A stretch of 64,000 bases of DNA from Octopus vulgaris (taxonomy: Eukaryota). The translations under genes were made by a program, and so were the position numbers. The stretch is taken from assembly GCA_951406725.2 (NCBI GenBank), contig OX597827.1, forward strand, positions 46,314,001-46,378,000. The letters run 5' to 3'. The notes beneath the pieces were generated by a model. That model had not been told where the DNA came from and ran no database searches. It saw nothing but the letters and a program-made list of their open reading frames with translations. The stretch's first letter is position 1, and each line of letters starts with the position of its first letter. Positions 43,213 through 56,088 of this stretch are shown here, in pieces.

Positions 43213-44293
43213 TCGTCATTCCGCTTATCGTTGTCATTCTCTGTTTTTCTTCATTTCTTTCTCTTTTTTTTTTAATCTTCTGTTTCTAATTTTTCAGGCT
43301 AAACTCTGGTTACCCGAACTTGTTGATGTAAAATATCTAATATATAAAAATACGTTTGATGTTTAAACCATATCAGTACTCATATACTGGTTCCGACTGC
43401 TTCGGCTAAGCTGGAGCACTATCCTGAAGGGTTTATAATCAATTATATCGACTCTCGTACTCATATTATCGATCTCAATTTATTGTATAGCTATTGAACT
43501 TCATCCCATTGTGGACGTGAACACTACAAACATTTACCTCTATTTACACTATAGATATATAGAAACTTTGATACTATGTTTCTGCTATTTTCTTTAATTC
43601 GTGTATTGTAATAAACATTTTATTCCTACATTTGCAATTTTTCTCTCTATGAATATTTTAAAAAAAATTGATAAAACATACATTTGTATCAGCAATCCTA
43701 TAACCTGTTCTGGCGTTAGTGTGCAAAAGAGTACTACAAACAGACGAAAACGTACCATCCCCTCTCTTCCTATGCCGGTTTTGTCACAAAGCAAACAAGA
43801 ACAAAAAGTTTGCAAATCAAATTTACCAATGAAATATAAGAATGAACTGATTATGCACTTCTAAGGGAATGTATAAAACCAATAATACTGGACGGAAGCA
43901 CAAATTATCAAAATCAATAAAAAAAAAAAAAAAAAACAATGGTGGAATTATTCGATAAAACACTAAGTAACACCTGACAGTGATCTCCAGCCAATATCTT
44001 AAACCGTCAAGCAGTCTAATTGCAATATATGAGAAGATTAAAGCAAGTGTGGTTGTAAATATTTGACAGCGTTTTATCTCTACAGATTAGAGGTTTATAG
44101 TTTGAGAAGTTATAATCTTATCAACAGCAATAACAACAACGTCTCATTTCGGGACATTTCAACATTCAGTTTTTTCTGGATAAATAATTATGTTAAAGAA
44201 ACTGCGCGATCAACGTGACGCTATTGTGGGTTTAAATATTTGCCGCAAGAGCGTTTGTTTGAGTGTTCCGAGTAAGAAGGAATCTTAACATTA

Positions 44294-44399
44294 CGAGGAG
44301 TGTATGAAAAGTTTGAAGTGTTGTACCTTCATCAGAAGTTTTGTACCGTGTTTTTTTTCTATTTTGTTTTGAGACTCAAGACTTTTCATATACCTCTCG
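44294..44399. mobile_element. Tc1/mariner-type MITE
   Basis: imperfect TIRs cgaggagtgtatgaaaagt / acttttcatatacctctcg flanked by TA. Confidence 0.65.
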
Positions 44400-45517
44400 T
44401 ATAACATTATGTGTAGCGTTTTCACGTAAAACAATACATATACTCTTTTACTCTTTTACTTGTTTCATTCATTTGACTGCGGCCATGCTGGAGCACCGCC
44501 TTTAGTCGAGCAAATCGACCCGGGGACTTATTCTTTGTAAGCCCAGTACTTACTCTATCGGTCTCTTTTGCCGAACCGCTAAGTTACAGGGACGTTAACA
44601 CACCAGCATCGGTTGTCAAGCAATGCTAGGGGGACAAACACAGACACACAAACATATACACACACATACATATATACGACAGGCTTCTTTCAGTTTCCGT
44701 CTACCAAATCCACTCACAAGGCATTGGTCGGCCCGAGGCTATAGCAGAAGACACTTGCCCAAGGTTACACGCAGTGGGACTGAACCCGGAACCATGTGGT
44801 TAATAAGCAAGCTACTTACCACACATCCACATATAGAAATAAAAACTACGTTATCTGCAAAAGACTGATATCATGTTCATAAAAAAGATTTGCCTCAGAA
44901 AGAAGTTCTAATCCCATCACAGTCAGCTATGCCTTTCATCCTTCCGGGGTCGATATAAAATAGTTACCAGTGAAGTACTGAGTTCAATATAAATGATTAT
45001 CATACACTCCCTCCAGCAAATTCAGGGCCTTATGCCCAATGTTAGCTTTTACTTTTTTTTTTCTGTTATCAAGAAACACAAACGAAAATAAAGACAAAGA
45101 CAAAACGATAAAAATGAACAACAACAAAAAAAACCCCAGCTCTTACTTCTGTCCCTTGACATTATCCTGACACCCCCAACACAATAACAACAACAATACA
45201 TAAAACAATAACAAAAATAATAAAATAAATCATGAAAAAAAAAACAAACAAAAGTATTGAAAAAAGAAAATAAAAACAAAAAAAAAACAGAAGAAACAGT
45301 AAAAAATATAATAAAACAAAAACAACGAAGGAGTTGTTTGTGAGTTCAAATTAGAATTTTCCTGGTTGCTGCGTTATTTTATTGAAGTCTTCCTCGCTTA
45401 TTTCATCCTGATCGCTCTCTCCAAGTTTCGATCTGTCGTAATAATATTCTTCGGGTCCATCTTTACCTGTTCAATACATAGGACAAGATAAGAGACGAAA
45501 AAAAGACATACATATAG

Positions 45518-45571
<54 letters not shown>

Positions 45572-45574
45572 GTA

Positions 45575-45640
<66 letters not shown>

Positions 45641-45642
45641 TA

Positions 45643-45729
<87 letters not shown>

Positions 45730-45731
45730 TA

Positions 45732-45775
<44 letters not shown>

Positions 45776-45949
45776 GTATAAGTTAGAGGGATAGATATAT
45801 CCGAAGGCACTCCTGGTAATTACCTCAGTAGGTATAATCCTTGGTAAAAGGTATACGGCAGCAGGTAATTTAGCGGGTAAACTGTAGTTTAATTTATATA
45901 GACGAAATGATTTCCTAGCGCAAAAGACACACTTCTTATTGCTATTCCC

Positions 45950-46048
<99 letters not shown>

Positions 46049-46239
46049 CACACATTAAGTACAGGACATCACAAGTGAAAAATATGAGATAAGTACAGGA
46101 CAAAATACCAAAGGATGTCTAAGCCTTCCTCAGTTGTCAACTGTTTATTGCTACCTGTTTCGAGCTTTCAACGACAATATATATATATATGTATAAGTCA
46201 GTAAATGGTAGGGTTATGTTAACCGCACGTGGAGAAATG

Positions 46240-46522
46240 ATAGGAGAGGAAAAAATAAGGCAGAATGCTAAATTGAAAGTAAATTTTTATAAAATTGGGT
46301 GTATGAAAAATTAAAAAATTAAAAAAGAAAAAAAAATCAAACCAGCTTACATTGGAAGGCAAATTTAAAAAAAAAATTTTTCTCCTTCCAAATCTTGAAA
46401 ATTTGCCTTGCAATTAAAGCTGGTTTGATTTCTTTTTCTTTTTTAATTTTTCATACACCCAATTTTATAAAAATTTACTTTCAATTTAGCATTCAATTTA
46501 GCATTATTATTTTTTCCTCTCC

Positions 46523-46525
<3 letters not shown>
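46240..46525. repeat. AT-rich inverted repeat (arms ~46240-46366 and 46399-46525)
   Basis: ataggagaggaaaaaataa..gctaaattgaaagtaaatttttataaaattgggtgtatgaaaaatt and its reverse complement. Confidence 0.8.
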
Positions 46526-46607
<82 letters not shown>

Positions 46608-47286
46608 ATATTTCGGAATGGTCATATTGCCAGTTTAGCCAATAAAAACACACGCACTATATATTTGGTGTTATTTTGCTTCAGTGATATTTATTTTTTA
46701 CATTAATCTTAATCTTATTTCGGCCAAAGTTCTTTCGTCACACTCCTGTGACCGCATCAGTGGTCCTTTGTTTTCTTCTCACTTACTTGTGTCTCTCCTT
46801 ACTAACCGTCAGCCATTTTGTATTTCTATTGTATGTCTTCATTTGCGCATGCTTATATCTCTATGTGCGTCTATGTTTATTTAGTGTGTGTGTGTGGGGG
46901 GGGGATGCCTGTAATATTTGTATCTTCTGGTTATATACATTCTTGTAATTTGTATTTTGTTTTTGTTGTTGTTGCTTTTGTTCTAATTTTGTTCATGTGT
47001 TTACATCCACCCATTATTATCATTACATATGCTTGTATGTATGTATAACAACAATATTAGTAATAATAATAATAAATCTAATCGAGAAAAAAAAAAAAAG
47101 AATATACATATACATATATATATATATATACATACATATACATATACATATATATATATATACATATATACACACATATATACACATATACATATACATA
47201 TATATACACATATACATATATATAGATATTCATTTCTATTTCTTTAATTACCTGTGTATTTATTATGTTTGCAGGATCCACTATTG

Positions 47287-48458
47287 TCATATGTTGTGGT
47301 GTGCGCTATTGCTCCATTCTAGTTTTCTATTCAGGCTAGGTTTATTTTCTATTATATGTGTAGCTTCTGTAATTTGTCTAATTGTTGCATCTGTTCTATG
47401 TGTGGACAATATCTTAATCTCTATGTTATTGATTGATCCCCCGTGTTCTTGTTCGGCGTGTTGGTACAGAATCGATGAGCTTTTACCTTCCTTGAGTTGT
47501 CTCCAATGTTCATTCACCCGCTCACCAATGCTTCTTGCAGTTTCCCCTACGTATGTTACTGTCTTGTTACTGCATCGTCCCTCTATACATCTTATACTAT
47601 AGACCACATTTCTGGCTTTACAGTTCGTTTGTGGGCTAAATCTACATACAGTGCAATAGTTATCCGTACAGAGAGTTCTACTAAAAGGATAGGTTCTACC
47701 AATTATAGATCTGATAGGGTTGCCTGGCTTTTCAACAACCTTAATTCTTAGTTTAAGTTTATCTAGGGTCCTTCTAAAGCGGTACGCTAGTTCACCTCCA
47801 GGGGTGGTGTCAACGAACATGACACTCTGGTATTTATGGCTATCATACCAAGAGTTGGCCTTCCTTATTTTCTTTTTTGTCCTTTCTATAGTGTTCCACG
47901 ACTTGTTCCTATAGAGTGGGCAAATCCCATTCCTATCATTACATAATATATTATCAAATTTCTTCATGGCTCCTTTGTATACTCTGATCCTTTCTTTATG
48001 GCTGTAACCTGAGAACTGCATGCGGTGAATGAAATACTGTATGTGTCTCTTTAATTCTGTAGGCTCGCACATGCGTGACACATTTCTCATTATTCTGACG
48101 AGGTCTGCCATCAAAATATTGAATTTGGCATTGCCCGCAATGGCTGAGTTCCGGTGGATCAGGTATTTTGAGGCCATAGGTTTTGCATAGTATGAATGAA
48201 GGATTTGGGTTTTATTTTTCACAATTTCTAGCCAGAGTTCAGTGTCTAGTACTGGTAGTCTATGGTTGGGGTGTTTAGTGGGGTAGTCTATTGTGACCTT
48301 AATACTCTGGTGGATGGAGTTAGCTATTTGCTGGATGCTCTCCATAGTATTAGTTTCTATTACTATATCAACAGTACTCTCTTGTGGGGGTGCCTTTACT
48401 ACTATATTGATATCATCAACATAGCGAGAGTACATGTTTACGAGTATGGATTTCTGCA
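47287..48458 (-). CDS. inverted duplicate of the Penelope-like RT/GIY-YIG ORF
   Basis: translation identical to the + strand copy from QKSILVN to the stop. Confidence 0.9.
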
Positions 48459-48467
48459 TACATTTAA

Positions 48468-49754
48468 ATTAATAATAAAATATATGCCCAGGACGAGGGG
48501 GCAGCCATCGGTGTTAGTATCGCTGGTGATGTGGCCAACCTCTTCATGGTATGGTGGGACAGAAGGCTTAAAGAATGCCTACTGCAGAAATCCATACTCG
48601 TAAACATGTACTCTCGCTATGTTGATGATATCAATATAGTAGTAAAGGCACCCCCACAAGAGAGTACTGTTGATATAGTAATAGAAACTAATACTATGGA
48701 GAGCATCCAGCAAATAGCTAACTCCATCCACCAGAGTATTAAGGTCACAATAGACTACCCCACTAAACACCCCAACCATAGACTACCAGTACTAGACACT
48801 GAACTCTGGCTAGAAATTGTGAAAAATAAAACCCAAATCCTTCATTCATACTATGCAAAACCTATGGCCTCAAAATACCTGATCCACCGGAACTCAGCCA
48901 TTGCGGGCAATGCCAAATTCAATATTTTGATGGCAGACCTCGTCAGAATAATGAGAAATGTGTCACGCATGTGCGAGCCTACAGAATTAAAGAGACACAT
49001 ACAGTATTTCATTCACCGCATGCAGTTCTCAGGTTACAGCCATAAAGAAAGGATCAGAGTATACAAAGGAGCCATGAAGAAATTTGATAATATATTATGT
49101 AATGATAGGAATGGGATTTGCCCACTCTATAGGAACAAGTCGTGGAACACTATAGAAAGGACAAAAAAGAAAATAAGGAAGGCCAACTCTTGGTATGATA
49201 GCCATAAATACCAGAGTGTCATGTTCGTTGACACCACCCCTGGAGGTGAACTAGCGTACCGCTTTAGAAGGACCCTAGATAAACTTAAACTAAGAATTAA
49301 GGTTGTTGAAAAGCCAGGCAACCCTATCAGATCTATAATTGGTAGAACCTATCCTTTTAGTAGAACTCTCTGTACGGATAACTATTGCACTGTATGTAGA
49401 TTTAGCCCACAAACGAACTGTAAAGCCAGAAATGTGGTCTATAGTATAAGATGTATAGAGGGACGATGCAGTAACAAGACAGTAACATACGTAGGGGAAA
49501 CTGCAAGAAGCATTGGTGAGCGGGTGAATGAACATTGGAGACAACTCAAGGAAGGTAAAAGCTCATCGATTCTGTACCAACACGCCGAACAAGAACACGG
49601 GGGATCAATCAATAACATAGAGATTAAGATATTGTCCACACATAGAACAGATGCAACAATTAGACAAATTACAGAAGCTACACATATAATAGAAAATAAA
49701 CCTAGCCTGAATAGAAAACTAGAATGGAGCAATAGCGCACACCACAACATATGA
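48468..49754 (+). CDS. Penelope-like element ORF, 5'-truncated: C-terminal RT, Cys-rich linker and GIY-YIG endonuclease
   Basis: [21 protein letters not shown] and [10 protein letters not shown] motifs; [10 protein letters not shown] linker; [27 protein letters not shown] motifs; frame open from 48468. Confidence 0.92.
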   Translation: MNNKIYAQDEGAAIGVSIAGDVANLFMVWWDRRLKECLLQKSILVNMYSRYVDDINIVVKAPPQESTVDIVIETNTMESIQQIANSIHQSIKVTIDYPTKHPNHRLPVLDTELWLEIVKNKTQILHSYYAKPMASKYLIHRNSAIAGNAKFNILMADLVRIMRNVSRMCEPTELKRHIQYFIHRMQFSGYSHKERIRVYKGAMKKFDNILCNDRNGICPLYRNKSWNTIERTKKKIRKANSWYDSHKYQSVMFVDTTPGGELAYRFRRTLDKLKLRIKVVEKPGNPIRSIIGRTYPFSRTLCTDNYCTVCRFSPQTNCKARNVVYSIRCIEGRCSNKTVTYVGETARSIGERVNEHWRQLKEGKSSSILYQHAEQEHGGSINNIEIKILSTHRTDATIRQITEATHIIENKPSLNRKLEWSNSAHHNI

Positions 49755-50273
49755 CAATAGTGGATCCTGCAAACATAATAAATACACAGGTAATTAAAGA
49801 AATAGAAATGAATATCTATATATATGTATATGTGTATATATATGTATATGTATATGTGTATATATGTGTGTATATATGTATATATATATATATGTATATG
49901 TATATGTATGTATATATATATATATATGTATATGTATATTCTTTTTTTTTTTTTTTCTCGATTAGATTTATTATTATTATTACTAATATTGTTGTTATAC
50001 ATACATACAAGCATATGTAATGATAATAATGGGTGGATGTAAACACATGAACAAAATTAGAACAAAAGCAACAACAACAAAAACAAAATACAAATTACAA
50101 GAATGTATATAACCAGAAGATACAAATATTACAGGCATCCCCCCCCACACACACACTAAATAAACATAGACGCACATAGAGATATAAGCATGCGCAAATG
50201 AAGACATACAATAGAAATACAAAATGGCTGACGGTTAGTAAGGAGAGACACAAGTAAGTGAGAAGAAAACAAA

Positions 50274-50318
50274 GGACCACTGATGCGGTCACAGGAGTGT
50301 GACGAAAGAACTTTGGCC
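50274..50318 (+). ncRNA. degenerate hammerhead motif in Penelope 3' UTR/pLTR (mirror at 46722-46766, minus)
   Basis: ggacca-CTGATGC-g-gtcac aggagt gtgac-GAAA-gaac-TT-tggcc; A9 replaced by C. Confidence 0.55.
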
Positions 50319-50493
50319 GAGATAAGATTAAGATTAATGTAAAAAATAAATATCACTGAAGCAAAATAACACCAAATATATAGTGCGTGTGTTTTTATTG
50401 GCTAAACTGGCAATATGACCATTCCGAAATATAACAATATCTGTTTCAACACACGACTTCACATAAAAAATCTTGCACAACAAATATTTAAAC

Positions 50494-50538
<45 letters not shown>

Positions 50539-50571
50539 TATACATACATACATACACATACATACATACAA

Positions 50572-50611
<40 letters not shown>

Positions 50612-51072
50612 CTGTAAATGTTATTTTAACTACAATTAAACTATGACCATTTAATACCATTGATCAACTTCTAATTGTTAATTGTTGATCCATTTCTTTT
50701 CTTATCTGAATATATTAAACCACGGTTTATCATTTAAAATACCAAACTCCTGTTAACCGTATAGCAAGGCCTATACATAGTTAGGTAATACACCTGTAGT
50801 GCCTACGGATACATTTATCCCTTAGACTGTTGCATAACTTCTTACTCATAATTGTTTTCGTCTAAATATTATCTTCCTTTCTACTTCCTTTTCTTTCTCA
50901 GCAGTTACAACAGCGATGGTTCATTACGTCATTTTCTCTAAACTAGAATTTTCACGTTCTTATTTGAATTTTTCGCGTTTCAACTTTTCTCTGTTTTTCA
51001 CTCGTTCCCAAAGTTGACGGACATTTAAAGATATGTAAAACCGAATCTGTTGTGAGACTTTTTATTTTTCGA

Positions 51073-51131
51073 TTTATTTATGTACTCGAAGAAACCCAGA
51101 ACAGATCGAAACATGTGTCGTACTAAATAAA
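51073..51131 (+). ncRNA. degenerate type I hammerhead motif
   Basis: stem I tttattta(t)gtac/gtactaaataaa; tcgaaga in place of CUGANGA; gatc-GAAA-catgtGTC. Confidence 0.5.
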
Positions 51132-51659
51132 ATCTTTTTTTTTTTCAATCAATTTTATTAATACTATTACCTCAACCACCACTATGAAGTTCCAGCAATC
51201 TACGGATAATAACAGGTAATCGAAACAGTGCTGGTGCTTTATTCATCATCCACTTATACATTTTGAATAATTTCTCCATTATATATGTATATATAGAATA
51301 AAACTTTATATATAAAGAACGTGAAATACACGAAGTGACGAATATATATATATATATATAAGAAAAAACCACCTTTTATCAATTCAATATTGAAAAATTT
51401 AATTAAGTAATTTGATTAAGTAATGTACATTACTTAATCATTGGTATATGTTTTTATCTTATATTTAATTTTTTTCTATAGGATGTAATTTTTTTTTCTA
51501 TATGGTATAATTACATTTTTTCATTGTTGAATTGATAAAAAGTGTTTTTCTTTCTTATTTATATATGTATATTATATTTTGTGAAATTTGATTTAGTATT
51601 TCTAAATTGAATTTTTCACTGTAAGTTTGGAATTATATTCCCTAATGAGATTGTATGTA

Positions 51660-51865
51660 CAGTAATCCCTCAACTATCGTGGGTGTTACGTTCCGAAGCC
51701 TCCTACAGAAACAATTAAAACCTAAAAAAATATAAATACCTATCGGCCGCAGAAACCCGTGATATACTGAGGAGTCCGTGATATAAATTTACATATATTA
51801 GCCAGAAAAATCCGCGATGTACTGAGGGCACGGTAGGTGAACCGCGATATGGCGAGAGATTACTG
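51660..51865. mobile_element. pogo/Tigger-like MITE
   Basis: TA-cagtaatccctc ... gagagattactg-TA; related copy at 20995-21195. Confidence 0.75.
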
Positions 51866-54600
51866 TATATATGTACGCACACACACACAGTGAATATGTG
51901 CCGAGACATGGATGTCTTACTTAAATAGGATGGAACCAACACAATTGCCTCTGCCAATCACACTTTACTGTCTATAAAAGAAAAATTATCAACAACACAT
52001 TTGCTAATTTAACCTTAAATCTTAATTTAGAATTAAAAATTAATTTAGATTTATGTGCACTATGTCTGGATAACAAAATAAATTTAGACTTAAATACACT
52101 ATGTCTAGATAATAAATGGGATGTTCGTGGCTGGAATGTCTTTTATCGTGAGTACAAGATTGTACAATGGCGAACGTAGAGACATATAAATGTTAAGCGT
52201 AGAGACATACAAACTGTTCAGCGTGGAGACATACAACTGTTCAGCGAATAAACAATTTAGTGACACCATCTGCATGATAAACGATAGTTAAGTTCGTGTT
52301 AACACATTAAATGCACGTTAAATTACCATTTACTTTACATTAAATCGGATTTATTATTTTTCTTATTTTATATCCTTTGTCTGGAAATCTTTCGTCATAC
52401 GTCCTGTGAACTCTTCATGTCTTCTCCTGTAGTGTCTAGTCCATTTAGAATGGATTAGAATGGACAGAACAGAACAGCAGGAGACACGTGGGATGGAGAG
52501 TCGCTGACGAGGTCACAAGATATATGACGAGAGATTTCCAGGCACATTAAATCACCATTTACTTGGTGATTCTTTCATCGCCACTTGAAGTCTATTATTC
52601 ACTGATAAGGGAATAATCGTTTCTACTTTAAACACGAGGACTGAAATTTATAAGAAGGGTGGGGCTAGCTGATTACATAGACCCCAGTGTTCAACTGGTA
52701 TTTATTTTATCGACCCGAAAGGAAAAAAGACAGAATTTGTATTCAGAACGAAAGGCTCCTAAGCATTTTGCCTGGCGCACTAGCGACTCTGCTGACTCAC
52801 CGCCTTCTTATGAGGTGATAATAAGACCGAAACATGTCCAGTGTTATCTTCCCTTCTTTGCTGAGATATATAATATTAGTCATTGACTAATATTATTTTG
52901 TTCTCTTTCTTATTTCTTCGCTTTTAAATGTTTATTTTATGATATATGTTAACACTAACTTGACTGTTGTTATTCAAGCGGGTGGCGTGTCTGAGTTAAT
53001 TCATTCTCTGAAACACTGTTGACTTACCGTCATGTGGAAGAGCCACTCGGACAGGAATGGAGTAACCGCTCTCAACCATGTTACTTAACATGTCTCGTTC
53101 TATTTGCTTATTGTCGACTTTATTTGCATCTATGCCTGCTGTGGCCCCTGGAGGGGAAGAAACGAGGGCCAAAGGGCCAGAAATTAAAACTTAAGGCATT
53201 AGATTAAGCATTAAGAAACTCCAAGGCACACGTCATAACGAAATAAATTTTGATTTTAGCATCGTTTAAATCGCAGGAAAAAATCTCTCCTAAAATACGC
53301 CTCCCCCCCCCACACGCACAAACACTCTAAAAACACACTTTCACATTTTGTGAATGCAACCACAAGCTTGCACATACGTAAACACATACATACACACTCA
53401 AAGACACAAGCGCGCGCGCGCACACACACACAGTACGCACTAACTTTTAAGGCAAATTTCAAATGGCCTCAAGAGACGCAAAGAAGGGCCAAATGAATCA
53501 GTGCTTAATACATTTTCTATTGCATGCAACAAATGAGAGATATATCTCCACTTATCTCATTTCCGGGATAGGACGCTAGGGCATCGAACATAACATTCCC
53601 AGTGAGCTTCCTCTATGCACAAATAGAAACTCTAAAATGAAGTGTTGTTATTGATGTTCTGTAACTCTAGATTAACTCTGATCGAGTCTATCTATTGGTA
53701 AAGACATTCCAGCCGTAACCATCCATGCTCTTTTTTCTGTAGTGGGAACCCAAGACTTAGTAGGGCATCCACGCAGCCCTCTTCCTCCTCTCTCTCAACT
53801 CATCCTGTCTCTCACTTCTTCCTCTCCCTATCTCCTCCTCCCTCTCTCTACTCTTCACGTTCCCCCCTCTCTTCTCCTTTCTCTCTCCCCTCTTTCTTCT
53901 CTATCCTCTTTTTCCACTCCTCTTTCTCCCTTCTCTCCTCCTCTTTCTTCTTTCTCCTTTCTCCTCCACTCCCTCCTCTCTTTCCTCTCTCTTTCTCTTC
54001 TCTTACCCTCTTCCATTCTCTCCTATTCCTCTCCTGGTGCTACAGTCGATCGTGCATGTCCATGACTGCTTTCTAGGTTATTCAACCATCATCACTTTGC
54101 AGGCCGCCCTTTGGAGACGTGGGTATACATAATCACGAAGGCTATTTACAAGTTAGCTAGATTTTCACAAATTACTAGCGACACTGTCTCGGGGACAGCG
54201 TAATGCTTTGAATGTTCAACGAAATGATTGCAGTAAATTTAAAGTGAAAATTTACGAGCTGGTTGCTGAATTTAAATTCTATTCACATGCAGCAATGATA
54301 ACCATCATGCACATAGACATATGCAAATAAAATAATGATACCCCACCGCACACACACACACACACATACACACACACACACATACATACACACACACACA
54401 TACATGCATACACACACCACAATGATAAATTATCACACACATGCACATACACCAACAAAACAATGATAATCACGCGATAAGATCTCGCACCTATATTTTA
54501 CATCGTGTATCCGAAAAAGATAAACTCCGTTTATTCTTTCATTATGTAGATTTAATGTCATGGCTCCAAATTATTAAGTGGTATATATATTCATATACAT

Positions 54601-54650
<50 letters not shown>

Positions 54651-54663
54651 AAACGACACTTAC

Positions 54664-54882
54664 CTAGTTGGTTGACGTTTTTGCTGGGGTTTGCTGATTT
54701 AGCTATGTTATTGTGTTGATCAAGTTGCACGTTCTGTGTTGGTGGACTAGTTATTCCGCCAGCTGCACCTGCAACAGTTGCCGTTGTAGTTGTTGGTCCA
54801 CCATCTTGGAATATTGGACCGGAAATAGGGATGCGGGTATTATTGGGAGATGGCATTCCATAGATGGGGTTGTCAATTCCGG
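54664..54882 (-). CDS. MEGF10/Draper-like receptor, cytoplasmic exon with NPxY motif (AGIDNPIYGMPSP...)
   Basis: ccattcag acceptor, G|gtaag donor, 219 bp, phase 1-1; DNPIY motif; downstream exon(s) not confidently located. Confidence 0.85.
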
Positions 54883-54886
54883 CTGA

Positions 54887-54938
<52 letters not shown>

Positions 54939-55078
54939 GAGCCATGGAGTGCTAACAGAACTTTACAACGATGTTTTGCAACACCCTAGCATGATGCTCT
55001 CTTGGCTAGTTAATGGTTTAACATTCCTGCTTCCAAAATGTGAAGAAACAAATGAACCAAAAAATTATAGACCCATAT
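54939..55078 (+). mobile_element. R4/Dong-like RT fragment adjacent to (AAT)n
   Basis: SWLVNGLTFLLPK..EPKNYRPI motif. Confidence 0.65.
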
Positions 55079-55314
55079 ACGACAACTTTAACACGAAATA
55101 ACTTGGTCAAAAGCGTTCAGAGTAAACCGTGTTCTACATGAGAAATTCTGCCAGTATTCGAAGCTTCAAACTGTTTAGTTAAAAAAAGTAATTAAAAAAT
55201 CTGTGATTGAGATGGTCTTTATATCTATATACATACATATATGCACGTATGCATATATTTGTATGTAATGTATATATGTATATTATGCATGATATAAAAG
55301 AGGATGTAACTTAC

Positions 55315-55524
55315 CGACTTCCACATTGTGCTTATATTTCATGACTCTTTGAGCTCCTTCAGCCGCTTGTAGTCCCAACCGGCGCAGCTTGTTTCGGTAA
55401 TAGAATGCCATAGAAATCAATACGATGATAAGGACTACGAGGAGAACAATCAGCACCATAGTGGTGGCGCTCATGGATGGCTTCTCTTGGCTCTCCATGC
55501 CGTAAGCAGCATTGGCTATCTTTA
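55315..55524 (-). CDS. MEGF10/Draper-like receptor, transmembrane exon
   Basis: ttccacag acceptor, G|gtaag donor, 210 bp; encodes MVLIVLLVVLIIVLISMAFYY followed by basic stop-transfer RNKLRR. Confidence 0.9.
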
Positions 55525-56003
55525 CTGTGGAAACAGTAGCATATACGAATAGTTAATTTTGGGAAAGATTGATTTTCGATGGCGATAGAGAAAGAGGGAA
55601 AGGTGGGAAGAGAAAGAGAGGAAGTAAGCGGGAGATGAAGTGATGTTGGGAGGGAGACCAAAGAGCTTATCAATTAGATAGCTGAGAGAGATAGATGGGA
55701 GAATTGATGGATGAATGGCTGGAGGGGGTGAATGATTGTAGAGAAAATTCAAAAGGGAGTTTATAAACGATTAACGGGAAATGAACGAAAGCCATGGAAC
55801 ACACAGAACTACCTCTCATCAGCCATGGAAATCCAGGCTATAAGCGCAGTTTCGGAAGATATTAAACTCCATGGTACTGCTCATCCAGTTGTGCCAGTAG
55901 TACGGAATATCGGTACGATGATGGACAAAGAAGGGCAAAACGAAAAAGACAACAAAACAAAAGTAGGACAGAAAATTACGGATAGAAACAATACAGTAAC
56001 AGA

Positions 56004-56088
<85 letters not shown>

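Larger units (their letters stand above)
46600..50440. mobile_element. Penelope-like retroelement arranged as a fold-back: arms 46600-48458 and 48583-50440, 124-bp loop
   Basis: arms are near-identical reverse complements including 3' UTR; (TA)n on both sides. Confidence 0.92.

Noticed and set aside
53742-54065. Leu/Ser/Pro-rich 107-aa ORF
   Set aside because: Translation of a CT-rich low-complexity tract
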